Source of the DNA: a bacterium
GTDB taxonomy: Bacteria > UBA8248
Assembly: GCA_965200245.1 (NCBI GenBank)
Contig: CBDATS010000005.1
Location: 480,001-544,000 of the forward strand
Length of the DNA stretch: 64,000 nucleotides
Direction of reading: 5' to 3'
Position 1 is the stretch's first letter. The number at the start of each line of letters is the position of its first letter. This document shows, in pieces, positions 39,682-50,094 of the stretch. The position numbers were made by a program, and so were the translations under genes. Under the pieces are notes generated by a model, which was not told the origin of the DNA, did no database searches, and saw nothing but the letters and a program-made list of their open reading frames with translations.

Positions 39682-40029
39682 TCACTCTCTCGCCGGGTGA
39701 AATATGGCCAGCAGTTTTACGTCCCTCTCTCCTCCCGTCATGCTGCGGTGCATCGTCTTTCGGGGCAGGAAAATACAGTCGCCGCCGCGAAACTCGATAT
39801 TCCTGTCCTTCAGTTCGTATCGGCCCTCGCCCTCGATGATGTAGATGAGTTCATCCTCTTCGTGATCGTGCCATTCGTGGATCTCGCCGGGACGAAACAC
39901 GGTGAGCCACGCGTCGACGTCCCAGCCGTGGTCTTCCCTCGAAGTCATGCGCCAGGCTTGCGCCCCGCCGTCGAGCACCTTGTGCTTTCGGGCTTCGGGT
40001 CTTATCAGGCAGGTTTCGCGATCGCTCAA
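39682..40029 (-). CDS. cupin domain protein
   Basis: WHDHEEDELIYIIEGEG and GDCIFLP..TMH cupin motifs. Confidence 0.85.
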   Translation of the reverse strand: MSDRETCLIRPEARKHKVLDGGAQAWRMTSREDHGWDVDAWLTVFRPGEIHEWHDHEEDELIYIIEGEGRYELKDRNIEFRGGDCIFLPRKTMHRSMTGGERDVKLLAIFHPARE

Positions 40030-40167
40030 TTCCCCATCTCCAAGAACACCCGCCCCGTGCGCGAGATGAAGCCCTTGTATGAGATTTGAATGATATTCGG
40101 AGATGTTATGAACTTATTCCTGCAGTGTCAACCCCGGCAGACGGGCACCCCAAGATATTCCCGCGAC

Positions 40168-41649
40168 TCATGTCTTCTTAGCGCGTCCCCGGCGGAAGAT
40201 GCCGTCGTAGAAGGTGAACAGGGAGATAACCATCAAAAGCGTACCGATGGGGCTCGTAAGGAAATACCAGAACGGCTTGTTCTCGAAGGTGATGAGCGCG
40301 CGGCGCAGATTCTCGTCGGCAAGAGATCCCAGGATGACGGCCAGAACCATGGGTGCCAGCGGAAGGCCGAGGCATCTCAGAGCATAGCCGACGAAGCCTG
40401 CGGCCAGCATTACGTAGACGTCAAACATGCTCAGTCGCACCGCGTAAGCTCCCAATATACAGATGGGGATGATGATCGGCATCAACAGGGTGCGCGGCAG
40501 GCTGTAGAGCTTGATGGCGGGCTTCACCAACATGAGGCCGAACACGTACATCAGGAAGTTCGCCACGATGAGCGCCCCGTAGATGAAATAGACGAGACCC
40601 GGGTTTTCGACGTTGATGGTGGGGCCCATCACCACGTGCTTGAGTTCCAGCGCCGCCATGAAGGCGGCGGCGGGAGGGCTGCCCGGAATCCCGAGCGTGA
40701 GTGTGGGGAGGATGGTTCCACCAATACAGGCGTTGTTCGCCACCTCCCCGCATACGATCCCCTCGTAGCTCCCCTTGCCGAATTTCTCGCGCTCTTCGGG
40801 CTTCGCACGGCGTTTTCCCACGTCGTAGGCTACAAAGGCGGCAATGTTCCCGCCCGCGCCGGGGATAGCGCCTATCACCGTTCCGATGATACCTGAGCGC
40901 ACCGAGGAACGTGCGTAGCGCCACAGCATGGAGAAAGGTGGTATCACCCGGTCCACTCTTTCGGGGATCACGGGCGGTTCCTTCTGGGGTAACACCCAGA
41001 GCACCTCGGTCAGGCCGAAAAAACCGATGATCACGGGTATATAGCTGATACCGTCTTCCAGCAGCACGCTCCCGAAAGTGAAGCGCGGAACGCCGTATAT
41101 CTTGTCAAGACCTACGAATGCGATGAGAAGCCCCAGCCAGCCGGATATCCAGCCCTTGATGGGCGCCTCGCCCGACGTGAGCGTACCGCAGATCGCAATT
41201 CCCCAAAGCGCGAGGAGGAACATCTCCCACGAACGAAACTGCAGGGCGACGAGCAAAATAAGGGGAATGAACGACACCAGAAGCAGTATGCCCACCCAGT
41301 TGCCGAGAAAGGAAGACACCAGCGCAGTGCCGAGCGCCAGCCCGCCCTCTCCTCGTTGGGCGAGCTGGTAGCCCTCGATCATCGTGGGAACGGCGGCGGG
41401 TGTGCCCGGAATGTTGATGAGCACTGCGGTAATCGAACCACCGAATACGCTCGCCGTATAGACACCCAACAGGAACATGATAGCCACGTCCTGGCTCATC
41501 TGGGTGGAAAGCCCGATCAGGAGCACCATGGACATGGTTGTCGAGATGCCCGGCATCGAACCCCAAAGCAGTCCCAGAATAGTACCCAGAATGCAGATGA
41601 ACACCAGATACGGGTCCATCGCATGGATGAGTTGCTCGATGAAAAACAC
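40168..41649 (-). CDS. tripartite tricarboxylate transporter TctA
   Basis: G.MPG, GGSITAVLINIPGTP, GAIPGAG, E.ANNA, PTLTLGIPGS. Confidence 0.93.
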   Translation of the reverse strand: MFFIEQLIHAMDPYLVFICILGTILGLLWGSMPGISTTMSMVLLIGLSTQMSQDVAIMFLLGVYTASVFGGSITAVLINIPGTPAAVPTMIEGYQLAQRGEGGLALGTALVSSFLGNWVGILLLVSFIPLILLVALQFRSWEMFLLALWGIAICGTLTSGEAPIKGWISGWLGLLIAFVGLDKIYGVPRFTFGSVLLEDGISYIPVIIGFFGLTEVLWVLPQKEPPVIPERVDRVIPPFSMLWRYARSSVRSGIIGTVIGAIPGAGGNIAAFVAYDVGKRRAKPEEREKFGKGSYEGIVCGEVANNACIGGTILPTLTLGIPGSPPAAAFMAALELKHVVMGPTINVENPGLVYFIYGALIVANFLMYVFGLMLVKPAIKLYSLPRTLLMPIIIPICILGAYAVRLSMFDVYVMLAAGFVGYALRCLGLPLAPMVLAVILGSLADENLRRALITFENKPFWYFLTSPIGTLLMVISLFTFYDGIFRRGRAKKT

Positions 41650-41652
41650 GGT

Positions 41653-42285
41653 TTACCCCGAACCCGGCAGCGGAATGCGGAAGCCGTAGCGAAACGCAGC
41701 GGCCAGAACGAGCGTCGAAACAGCGGCGACAATGAAACACTGCAAAAAAGACTTCGGCCAGAACAGGCGCAGGGCGATGGCCAGCATGGGTATGGTGACA
41801 GCCTCGAAGCTGCTGAAGCCAATACGCAATCCCGCAATCCCCAGTGGAATCGCAAGGTCGAACGTCACCCAGTCAATGAGGACCACGTACACAACCACCA
41901 CGCCCATCAGGATGATCGCCCACTGGTTCTCGTAGTCGGCGAAATATCTTCCCAGCAATTCTCCCGGAGAGAGGCTCATTCTCGCACCGCTACCTCGTTT
42001 GAGCGCGCCTGCCCCCATGCCGATGGACATGACCAGCAGGCTCAAGCCGGTGAGAACGGGCATGAAGCCCGGAGCGGTGAAAATGTTCTTCTCGGGATTG
42101 GGCATGAGCAACCCGAGGATGATGGCGAGGACAGCGACGATGCCCACGACGCTCGCCGCCGCCAGATCCCTGCCGGGTGTAGTTGCCTCTCCCCCTTCCT
42201 CGGAAAGCAGGTGCGAACCGGTTGAGTCTTCCGGTTCATCCACTTGCGGGTGAGTGCTGCGATCACCGTCGTTCGAAGAAACCAT
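41653..42285 (-). CDS. TctB-like membrane protein
   Basis: TAPGFMP, multiple TM helices, ends F.IPLPG; lies between tctC and tctA. Confidence 0.75.
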   Translation of the reverse strand: MVSSNDGDRSTHPQVDEPEDSTGSHLLSEEGGEATTPGRDLAAASVVGIVAVLAIILGLLMPNPEKNIFTAPGFMPVLTGLSLLVMSIGMGAGALKRGSGARMSLSPGELLGRYFADYENQWAIILMGVVVVYVVLIDWVTFDLAIPLGIAGLRIGFSSFEAVTIPMLAIALRLFWPKSFLQCFIVAAVSTLVLAAAFRYGFRIPLPGSG

Positions 42286-42327
42286 GCAACTCTCTCGGCA
42301 TAGAACGAAACCAGGGAAACCGACCTC

Positions 42328-42367
42328 CCCGAGCGGGCCGCCCCGTCTCCAGGGCGGCTCGCTCGGG
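42328..42367 (-). other. intercistronic stem-loop after tctC
   Basis: CCCGAGCGGGCCGCCC-N8-GGGCGGCTCGCTCGGG near-perfect inverted repeat. Confidence 0.65.
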
Positions 42368-42393
42368 ATGAGAAGTATTATGCGATAAGGTGA

Positions 42394-43542
42394 TTAACTC
42401 ATTCGGGGCTTGTAGCCTTTCGGCGGCCACCAGGCGTCGAAATCCTTAGGGGCAGGAAGCCCGAGTTCCTTGGGTCCGCGCACCTTCTTGCCAATATGCT
42501 TCTGCAGCTTCAACAGGGTCGTGGCACTCAGGCTTTCGAGCTGCGCCGCGCGGCGGTCCGCATCCGCCCCCACGCGAATGTCGCTCTGGAAGTACTTGCG
42601 CTTCGCGATCTTCCCGAAGGCCTCGGACTTCGCAGCCGCGATCCAAGCGGGCTTGATTTTGTTGAGCACGTCGACGGGCGTCTCCCGCCGCACGGCGATG
42701 CTGTACGTCCCGCCCATCGGTGTCAGGGCCTTGAGCTTGGGAATGAAGTTGGCCACGGTGTACGCCTTCCCGTAGCCGGGAATGTCGAGATCCTTCGGCC
42801 CCGTGTGCATCAGGTTTCTCAGCTTGCCCGCGCGCAGGAATTCGACGTGCTCGTGCACGCCGCCGCCTGCAATGTCCACCTCGCCCTGCAAACCGGCGAC
42901 GGTCGCGGGTTTCCCGCCCTTATAGGGCACAAAGCGCAGTTCAATGCCCGCTGCGTCCGCTACGATGGCACCCACCTCATGCCAGATGCTGCCCACACCC
43001 GAAGTCGAGATGGTGAGCTTGCCGGATTTTTTCTTGGCCGCGGCGATGACGTCATTAAAGGTCTTGAAGGGAGAATCTGGCCGTACCGACCAACTTGCGA
43101 GTGATGTCGCCGCAGCGAAGTGTTGCCAGTCCATCCATGCCGCCGAATCCGTGTATCCCATCGGCCGTACGAACTTGTTATAGTTCGCTGCGCCCAGCCA
43201 GGTATAGCCGTTTGACGCCTTGTTGAGCACATAGCGGGTAGCGACGCCTCCCACCGAGCCCGGGCGGTTGATGGCGTTGATGGTCCAGCCGGTGGATCGC
43301 GCCATCTCTCCCACGAGGGTTCGAATGACGGTGTCCGTACCGCCACCCGCGGCGTACATGACCACCGTAGTGATCGGGCGCGCGGGCCAGTTCGCAGCAC
43401 TCGCCTTGCGCGCAGTGAAGACCGTCGGTGCCACGACTGCAGCACCGGCTACTCCAAGGGTCTGGATAAAACTTCTGCGTGTGAGATCGGATGATTCGGG
43501 AACGATGATTTCAGGCTGCTCATGAATCTCGTTGCTGGACAT
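42394..43542 (-). CDS. Tat-exported TTT substrate-binding protein (Bug/TctC)
   Basis: TRRSFIQ Tat motif, WPARPI, YAAGGGTD, VPYKGG.PA..A.LQGEVD. Confidence 0.88.
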   Translation of the reverse strand: MSSNEIHEQPEIIVPESSDLTRRSFIQTLGVAGAAVVAPTVFTARKASAANWPARPITTVVMYAAGGGTDTVIRTLVGEMARSTGWTINAINRPGSVGGVATRYVLNKASNGYTWLGAANYNKFVRPMGYTDSAAWMDWQHFAAATSLASWSVRPDSPFKTFNDVIAAAKKKSGKLTISTSGVGSIWHEVGAIVADAAGIELRFVPYKGGKPATVAGLQGEVDIAGGGVHEHVEFLRAGKLRNLMHTGPKDLDIPGYGKAYTVANFIPKLKALTPMGGTYSIAVRRETPVDVLNKIKPAWIAAAKSEAFGKIAKRKYFQSDIRVGADADRRAAQLESLSATTLLKLQKHIGKKVRGPKELGLPAPKDFDAWWPPKGYKPRMS

Positions 43543-43825
43543 GACACTCTCCTCCGGTTGAAATGAAACGGACTCTCAGGATTAATTGCGACCGGCTTCG
43601 ATCCCGCCTGGCGCACGATTCATCCAAAATCTTCTGTGGTCCCTCTATTCATTCTTTCAGACTGTGCGTCACCATAGCACATATGGAGTACGCCTCCAAA
43701 TTCCGGTTACTCGATTTCCGCCTTATCACGCGCGGAGGTTTCTTGTTGAATCGCGTTTTTCAGGGAACCGGGCGAAGCCGTTCATCCAATCGTAACGCGC
43801 TCAACACCTGATCGTAACCAAGCTG

Positions 43826-43834
43826 TGGTAAAAT
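43826..43834 (+). promoter_or_regulatory. extended -10 promoter element upstream of pfk
   Basis: TGgTAAAAT about 55 nt upstream of ATG 43889. Confidence 0.4.
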
Positions 43835-43888
43835 GTAGCGAGAACGAAAAACAGATGAATTCCATCAAAGCAGAAGGAAACGCGGGTT

Positions 43889-44917
43889 ATGAAGCTAGGC
43901 GTATTGACAGGGGGCGGCGACTGTCCCGGCCTGAATGCGGTCATCCGCGCGGTGACCGCATCGAACTTTCATCGCGGAAGCCATACCCTGGGCATCCGTC
44001 GAGGCTGGCGCGGTCTGGTGGACGGCGATTTCGTCGAGATTACGGGTCCGATGATATCGGGCATTCTCGACAAGGGGGGCACCATTCTGGGTTCTTCACG
44101 AACAAACCCCACCAAGGACCCGGCCATGCTCGAAAGCCTCAAGGAAAACTGGCGCGCCTCGCGCATCGATGGTCTCATCGCTATCGGTGGAGACGATACG
44201 CTCAGCGTCGCCGCCTGGCTCAGCAAGGAAGGCTACAACGTCATCAGCGTGCCCAAGACCATCGACAACGACATCGGCTTCACGGACTATTCGTTCGGCT
44301 TCCACACCGCCGTAGGTGTCATCACCGACGCCATTGACCGCTTGCGTACCACGGCGGAGGCGCATGATCGCGTCATCATCCTCGAAGTGATGGGACGACA
44401 TTCGGGCTGGCTCGCCACTTACGCGGGCATAGCCGGAGGGGCTGACCTCATTCTTGTGCCCGAGCGGCCCTTCAACATTGAAGAGGTCGTCGAGGTGCTC
44501 AAGGCGCGCTTCGCGCGGGGGCGCAACTTCGCCAACGTGGTCGTGGCCGAGGGAGCGAAGCCAGAGGGCATGGAAAACTACGTGACGCGCAGTCAGACAG
44601 TAGATGAATTCGGCCACGTACAGCTTGGCGGTGTCGGCGAATACCTCGCCAAGGAGATTGACGACCGCATGCACGTAGATACGCGCGCCGTCATCCTGGG
44701 TCATATCCAGCGGGGCGGCTCCCCCGTGCCCTACGACAGGGTGCTGGCGACGCGCCTTGGCGTGCGGGCGAGCGAATTCGCCCACGAGGGAACCTGGGGC
44801 GTCATGGCGGCGTTGCAGGGGCGAGACATCAACCCGATGCCGCTCGAGGATATGTTCGGACAGGTGAACACCCTGCGAGAGGATTTCTTCGACGCTGCGG
44901 AACTCTTCTTCGGCTAA
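43889..44917 (+). CDS. 6-phosphofructokinase, PPi-dependent signature
   Basis: GVLTGGGDCPGLNAVIRA, GGTILGSSR, GGDD, PKTIDND, EVMGR, LGHIQRGG. Confidence 0.93.
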   Translation: MKLGVLTGGGDCPGLNAVIRAVTASNFHRGSHTLGIRRGWRGLVDGDFVEITGPMISGILDKGGTILGSSRTNPTKDPAMLESLKENWRASRIDGLIAIGGDDTLSVAAWLSKEGYNVISVPKTIDNDIGFTDYSFGFHTAVGVITDAIDRLRTTAEAHDRVIILEVMGRHSGWLATYAGIAGGADLILVPERPFNIEEVVEVLKARFARGRNFANVVVAEGAKPEGMENYVTRSQTVDEFGHVQLGGVGEYLAKEIDDRMHVDTRAVILGHIQRGGSPVPYDRVLATRLGVRASEFAHEGTWGVMAALQGRDINPMPLEDMFGQVNTLREDFFDAAELFFG

Positions 44918-44990
44918 CCGCCCGCTCCTGCATGCGGGGCGAAGTCGCCGCGATACTGGTTCGCATCTGAATAATAAGGAAGGACAGTCT

Positions 44991-46002
44991 ATGCAAATCG
45001 GCCTGCGCATCGGCCCCCAGAACGAATTCACGCCGGTGCCTGAATATCTCGAATTCATAAAGCGCGCAGAAACCCTAGGTTTCAATCCGCTGCTGTTCTC
45101 TGACACTGTCTCCCTCTCCCATTTCCACCTGCGTGACCCCTTGGTCGTCATGGCACTCGCCGCAGGAGCCACCACGCGAGCGGAGTTGGGAACCGGCGTC
45201 ACAGTCCCCTTCATCCGCCATCCGGCGGTTATCGCCAACGCGTTCGGCTCGCTCGACGACGCCATCGCCCCGAGGAGAACCTTCCTGGGGGTCGGCTCCG
45301 GTGACACGGCGGTCTATCTTATCGGAAAGCGCGCCGCCCGTCTGGCCGAGATGCGTGAATACCTTGCGGCGCTCCGGGGTCTTCTGGACGGTGAGCCCGT
45401 GACCTATGAGGGCACACGAATGGAGTCGAACTGGCGCAAGCCGCACGTGCCCATCTGCCTCGCCGCAGACGGACCGAAAATGCTGGCCCTAGCCGGGGAG
45501 TTGGCCGAAGGCGTCATCCTCGGCGCGGGTGCAACGCCCGAAGTCATCAAGTGGGCGCGGGGCTGCATCGCCGAGGGCGAGGCGCGCGCCGGGGAGCATA
45601 CCCATCTGGTTCGACTTCATCGTGAACGTCGGTGCGGATCGCGGCACGGTGCGCCATGCGATCCGGCCACGCCTGTGCAACCGAGCGAACCATAATTTCC
45701 GTATGGGCTATTACGCGGTGCCCGAAGAGCATCTCCCCGGCGTGCGCGCTTTCCGTGAAAATTACGACGAGAAAGACGTGGGCCACAAGACGAAAAACGC
45801 GCGACTTATCACGGACTACATGATCGATCGCTTCGCCGTCGTCGGCGCACCCGAAGACATCGTCGCCCGCTTAGAGACGCTGCGTGCAATGGGGGTCGAG
45901 AACGTCATCGTGGCCATGCCGTTCCGTCTTGAGGAACGCTACGAAATCATCGAGACGCTCGCGCGCGAGGTCATGCCCCGCTTCGCGCAAACGGGGGCAT
46001 AG
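44991..46002 (+). pseudogene. LLM-class flavin-dependent oxidoreductase, frameshifted
   Basis: N-terminal half (RDP...LGTGVT.P..RHPAV.AN, LGVGSGD, AADGPKML.LAGE.A.GV) in the frame of 44991; C-terminal half (PIWF...DRFAVVG.PE) in the frame of 45529; break at about 45583-45594. Confidence 0.82.
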
Positions 46003-46609
46003 GCACGCAAGGCGCACGTAACATCGCCGTAGCGGTGGACGAGTGATACAGACCGCGAGAAATGAAGGCGTTTGCCAGACATGCCCGTATGAACGCGTGA
46101 GTCAGGTTGAATGTCCGTGACCATCCCGTGCTGTTCAAGTTGGTTGTCACGCAATTCACCAGTTCAAGATGCAAGAGTGAAATCAGCGTGAAGCAATCCG
46201 CTGCATCAACTTCACCCTTCCACAGTATCTCCGGTTCGCGTGCGCGGAGATTCCTGGCAGTCACCAACAACCCCTCAGGAGAATAGCAAACCCTTTTGTG
46301 CTCGTTTTTCTCCGTTTTGGTCTGTAGTGTATCAACTCCCAGGATCGGTTGACTGGTCGAAAAAACTCGATGCACCAGCGAAGACATCCCCGTCGACTCC
46401 AGACATTTCACGAATCCGCTGAGCCAGTCCCCTGTTGCTCTTACGAACCCTTCTTCCTTTTGCGTCCCTTCCTCATTTTTCAGGCTCCAGGAGATCAGCC
46501 CGGGGTTTCTCCCGGGTTTGTATCGGCTGTCGCTCCCGGAAGTAGCGGGCGAAGTTCCCTGCCATGCAAGCCATCTGGATACCTCGTTGCCGTGAGACGC
46601 AATGCGGCC

Positions 46610-47827
46610 CTAGAGCGCGCCTGCGAAGGCTTCGCCCGCCAGCAGCCTTCCCAGCTTCAGGCGCGTGGTGTCGTTCAGGCCATCAATGTGGTAGCACATC
46701 ATCGCATCGCGCAGATGGCGTTCTGCCGGGTGTGTGTCCATGTAGCCGTTGCCGCCGAAGATATTCATTCCCTTGATGCAGACCTGAGGCGCCATCTCGG
46801 AGGCGAACAGGGCGGCGCGCATGCCCTCTTTGTGGTCGTATTCATCTTCGCCCGCCGTATCCGCGTGCCACGCCGCGCGCCATACAGCGTCCCGCGCGAC
46901 GGTGATGTTCACGTACATGTCGGAGAGAATCTCGCGAATCCGATTATGCTCGATGATGGGTTTGCCTCCCTGCACGCGCTCTCTGGCGTAGGCGAGGGCA
47001 TCCTCGAAGGCGGCGCGCGCGATTCCAATGCCGAAAGTGGCCGTGGTCGGCGAGTGGCGCGAGAAGACGCGGGCCATGTAGGGCAGGCCGCCGTCCACCT
47101 CGCTGAGCCGCCATTTTTCAGGCACCTCGGCGTTCTCGTAGATGAGTTCCCCGTTCAGCAGAAGACGCGCGCCGAGCTTTCCGTGGATAATCCCGCGCCG
47201 AAAGCCGGGGATATCGTCCGTGGTGATGAACATGGTGGTTCCCTCGTTGACAGGAACTTTCGGGTTGGTCCTCGCGACCACGAAATTGATGTTGCTCATC
47301 GACGCGCAAGCGATGAAGTGCTTCTTTCCGTTCAGAATCCAGTTATCGCCCTGTCTGACGGCGGAGAGCCGCGCTCCACCGTCGATGTTCGTGGCAGGCA
47401 TGATGTTGTCCGTGCCCGCCTGGGGCTCCGTCATGCCGATGGCCATGGTTGAGGTGTCCACGTCCATGTAGCGGGGCAGAAACTCCGCGCGCTGCTCCTC
47501 GGTGGTGAAATCGCAGAGCATCTTGGCGAGCTTCCAGTTCTGGTGAATCACAGAGGCAAACCCTGCCTCACCCTGAAAAAGCTCCTCCAGCAAGACCACG
47601 TGCGCGAATATACCCAACCCCTCTCCGCCCATTTCTTTGGGCGTCGTGAGTGTCCGGATGCCCGCTGCCGAGGCCTTCTTCAAGGCTTCCATGGGAAAAG
47701 GACTCGTCGGGTCGATCCCGTTCTGACGATCCCACTCTGCCGCGTAGGGTTTCAATTCGTTTTTCGCGAATTCGGCGATCTTGCCTTGCCAAGCTTTCAG
47801 TTCGTCATCCAGAATGTAATTGACCAT
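46610..47827 (-). CDS. acyl-CoA dehydrogenase family protein
   Basis: GMTEPQAGTD, W.LNG.KHFI, YARERVQGGKPI, FGG.GY....P.E...RDA. Confidence 0.92.
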   Translation of the reverse strand: MVNYILDDELKAWQGKIAEFAKNELKPYAAEWDRQNGIDPTSPFPMEALKKASAAGIRTLTTPKEMGGEGLGIFAHVVLLEELFQGEAGFASVIHQNWKLAKMLCDFTTEEQRAEFLPRYMDVDTSTMAIGMTEPQAGTDNIMPATNIDGGARLSAVRQGDNWILNGKKHFIACASMSNINFVVARTNPKVPVNEGTTMFITTDDIPGFRRGIIHGKLGARLLLNGELIYENAEVPEKWRLSEVDGGLPYMARVFSRHSPTTATFGIGIARAAFEDALAYARERVQGGKPIIEHNRIREILSDMYVNITVARDAVWRAAWHADTAGEDEYDHKEGMRAALFASEMAPQVCIKGMNIFGGNGYMDTHPAERHLRDAMMCYHIDGLNDTTRLKLGRLLAGEAFAGAL

Positions 47828-47849
47828 CTCGGTTCCCCCGCATGAAGGT

Positions 47850-48818
47850 TTACGAACCCGATTTTCGATTCCAGTCCTCCGAAACGTTTTTCCGGTACAT
47901 TCGAATCAACTCCGCATCCCGCACCCGCGCCGCCTCCCGGGCCGACTCCTCCGTCCATTTATAAAACCCTTCGCCGCTCTTGAGACCAAGCAGGTTCTTC
48001 TCGACCATCTCGTCCATCAGGGGACTGGGATCCGGACGATGATCGAGAGAGGGCTGGATATGACGATGCACGTCGCGCAAAACGTCCATTCCCGAAAAAT
48101 CGTTGAGCTTGCAAACCCCCAGCGCCGGGAACAAAGGAGCGAGCGAGCGCCACACGGCGTCGACATCTTCCGGGCGCGCGTAGCCTTGTTCCACGATATG
48201 GAAGGCCTCGCGCCTGAGCGCCGTCGTGAGCCTCACCCCGATATGTCCGGGCACCTCCCGGCATACGATGGGCTCTTTTCCCGATTTTTCGAGCAACTCG
48301 CACGTAATCCGCGTCGTATCCGGACTCGTCCGGCGGCCCGCCGCTACCTCCACAACGGGAACGAGATGAGGAGGGGTATAGTTATGCGTGACGATGCAGC
48401 GTTCGGGATGCCTCGTTCGGGCAGAAATATCCGTCATACCCAGACCCGAGGTCTCGCTCGCCAAAATCACGTCCGGCGGGGCGATTTCGTCCATTTTCTC
48501 GAAAATTTCCTGCTTGAGCGATAAATCTTCACTCACCGCCTCGACAACGAAATCGCCCCCGCTCACAACTTCGCGGAAATCCTGTGTCTGGACGATACGC
48601 TCTGAAACAGCGCGCGCTTCCTTATCATCAAGCGCATCGGCATCAATCAGTATTCCAAGGCTTTTTTCAATTTCACCGCAAGCGCGAGACGCACTTTCCG
48701 GGCTTCGGTTGAACATGAGGACGCGAAAACCCACCATGGCGAACTGCAGGACCACACCCCGGCCAACATATCCACCTCCGATGACAGCGACGTTTCGAAT
48801 ATCGCCTGCCTCGCGCAT
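47850..48818 (-). CDS. 3-hydroxyacyl-CoA dehydrogenase family protein
   Basis: VAVIGGG..G, VVEAVSEDL..KQ.IF, ILAS.TS, H...PPHLVP.VEV, LG.KSG.GFY.W. Confidence 0.92.
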   Translation of the reverse strand: MREAGDIRNVAVIGGGYVGRGVVLQFAMVGFRVLMFNRSPESASRACGEIEKSLGILIDADALDDKEARAVSERIVQTQDFREVVSGGDFVVEAVSEDLSLKQEIFEKMDEIAPPDVILASETSGLGMTDISARTRHPERCIVTHNYTPPHLVPVVEVAAGRRTSPDTTRITCELLEKSGKEPIVCREVPGHIGVRLTTALRREAFHIVEQGYARPEDVDAVWRSLAPLFPALGVCKLNDFSGMDVLRDVHRHIQPSLDHRPDPSPLMDEMVEKNLLGLKSGEGFYKWTEESAREAARVRDAELIRMYRKNVSEDWNRKSGS

Positions 48819-48930
48819 AATGGCTCCCGGTATGGAACGGACTGGCTGTATGAGAGAAAATTTAACACAGGCGCGTTCACGAGACCATCAGGCAACTTCT
48901 TGCCAAGGCGATTTGAAGTCCGAGGGATGT

Positions 48931-50034
48931 ATGACGGGAAAACGAATTATTGCATGTCTTGTTCTGGGCATCGCCCTGTCCGCCTGCGGTGGCGAGGGCG
49001 ATTTTTCCCCGGCGGGAAACATGAGCGCCCCCCGTCACGGGCATACGGCCACAAGACTCGAATCAGGCGAAATATTCATGGCCGCCGGTCTCACGAAAAC
49101 TTCTCCCCTGAATGATTTCGAGATATTCAACCCGACCCAGGGAACCTTCAGCCCCTACAAGGTTCCGGGCCTGATGACCCGTGGCTGGCACAAGGCGCTC
49201 CTCCTGAAAAACGCTGTACTGATTACCGGAGGCTGGACGAATGGAGGGAAAGCGCTCAGGGATTCCTTTCTCATAAAACCCGGGGCGGGGATTCGCGCGC
49301 GCACCAAGATGAAGTATGGCCGCTATGATCACACGATGACAAAGCTGCCCGCCGGAGACGTACTCATCGCCGGCGGTAACGACGGGAAACGTGCGATCCG
49401 CCACCTGGAAATTTATGCACCGGACAAAAGGCGCTTCCTCCTCGCACGCAGGCCCATGCTCATGGCACGCCAGCAGCACACTGCCAACGCCCTGCCCGGA
49501 GGAAACGTCCTCATATTGGGCGGCGCGGAAGGAAAAGGGACACGCTACGCTGAGTTGTACCTGCCCTCAAGGGGAAGAACGCGTCTCGTTCGAAGCCTGA
49601 CGACGCAAAGAAGCCGCCACACCGCCACAAAACTCCTAAACGGAAAGGTGTTTATCGCAGGCGGTCTGGGCCAGGAAAAAACGCTGGACAACGCGGAAAT
49701 CTTCGATCCGGCAACGGAAAAATTCATCCCCCTCAAAAGCAGGCTACGCGTAAGGAGGCAGCAGCATACCGCCACGTTGATGCCTGACGGCAGGGTTGTC
49801 CTGATAGGCGGCTGGGGCGGCGAGGGACAAACCCTCGCCGATGCGGAAGTCTATGAGCCCGGGAAAGGATGCTTCTGGTCTATAGGGGTCGAAATGAAAT
49901 TTCCCAGACGCCTCCATACCACCACTCTCCTGGGAGGCGGGCGGGTGCTCATCGCAGGGGGCGCATCTGACAACGAAGTCCTGAATTCAGCGGAAATACT
50001 CACCATCCCGCACGATGGCAAAAGCAGATGCTGA
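48931..50034 (+). CDS. Kelch-repeat beta-propeller lipoprotein
   Basis: Lipobox LSAC; about seven repeats of R..HT.T.L..G.VLI.GG......AE.Y/F. Confidence 0.88.
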   Translation: MTGKRIIACLVLGIALSACGGEGDFSPAGNMSAPRHGHTATRLESGEIFMAAGLTKTSPLNDFEIFNPTQGTFSPYKVPGLMTRGWHKALLLKNAVLITGGWTNGGKALRDSFLIKPGAGIRARTKMKYGRYDHTMTKLPAGDVLIAGGNDGKRAIRHLEIYAPDKRRFLLARRPMLMARQQHTANALPGGNVLILGGAEGKGTRYAELYLPSRGRTRLVRSLTTQRSRHTATKLLNGKVFIAGGLGQEKTLDNAEIFDPATEKFIPLKSRLRVRRQQHTATLMPDGRVVLIGGWGGEGQTLADAEVYEPGKGCFWSIGVEMKFPRRLHTTTLLGGGRVLIAGGASDNEVLNSAEILTIPHDGKSRC

Positions 50035-50094
50035 ACTTCGCGATATCGCGATTGAAATGGATCTCATCCCACCTGATCAAGCGAGGATAATCGT

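Noticed and set aside
45583-45600. Programmed frameshift in the LLM oxidoreductase
   Set aside because: No slippery heptamer; loss of one copy of an 11-nt tandem repeat explains the junction more simply.
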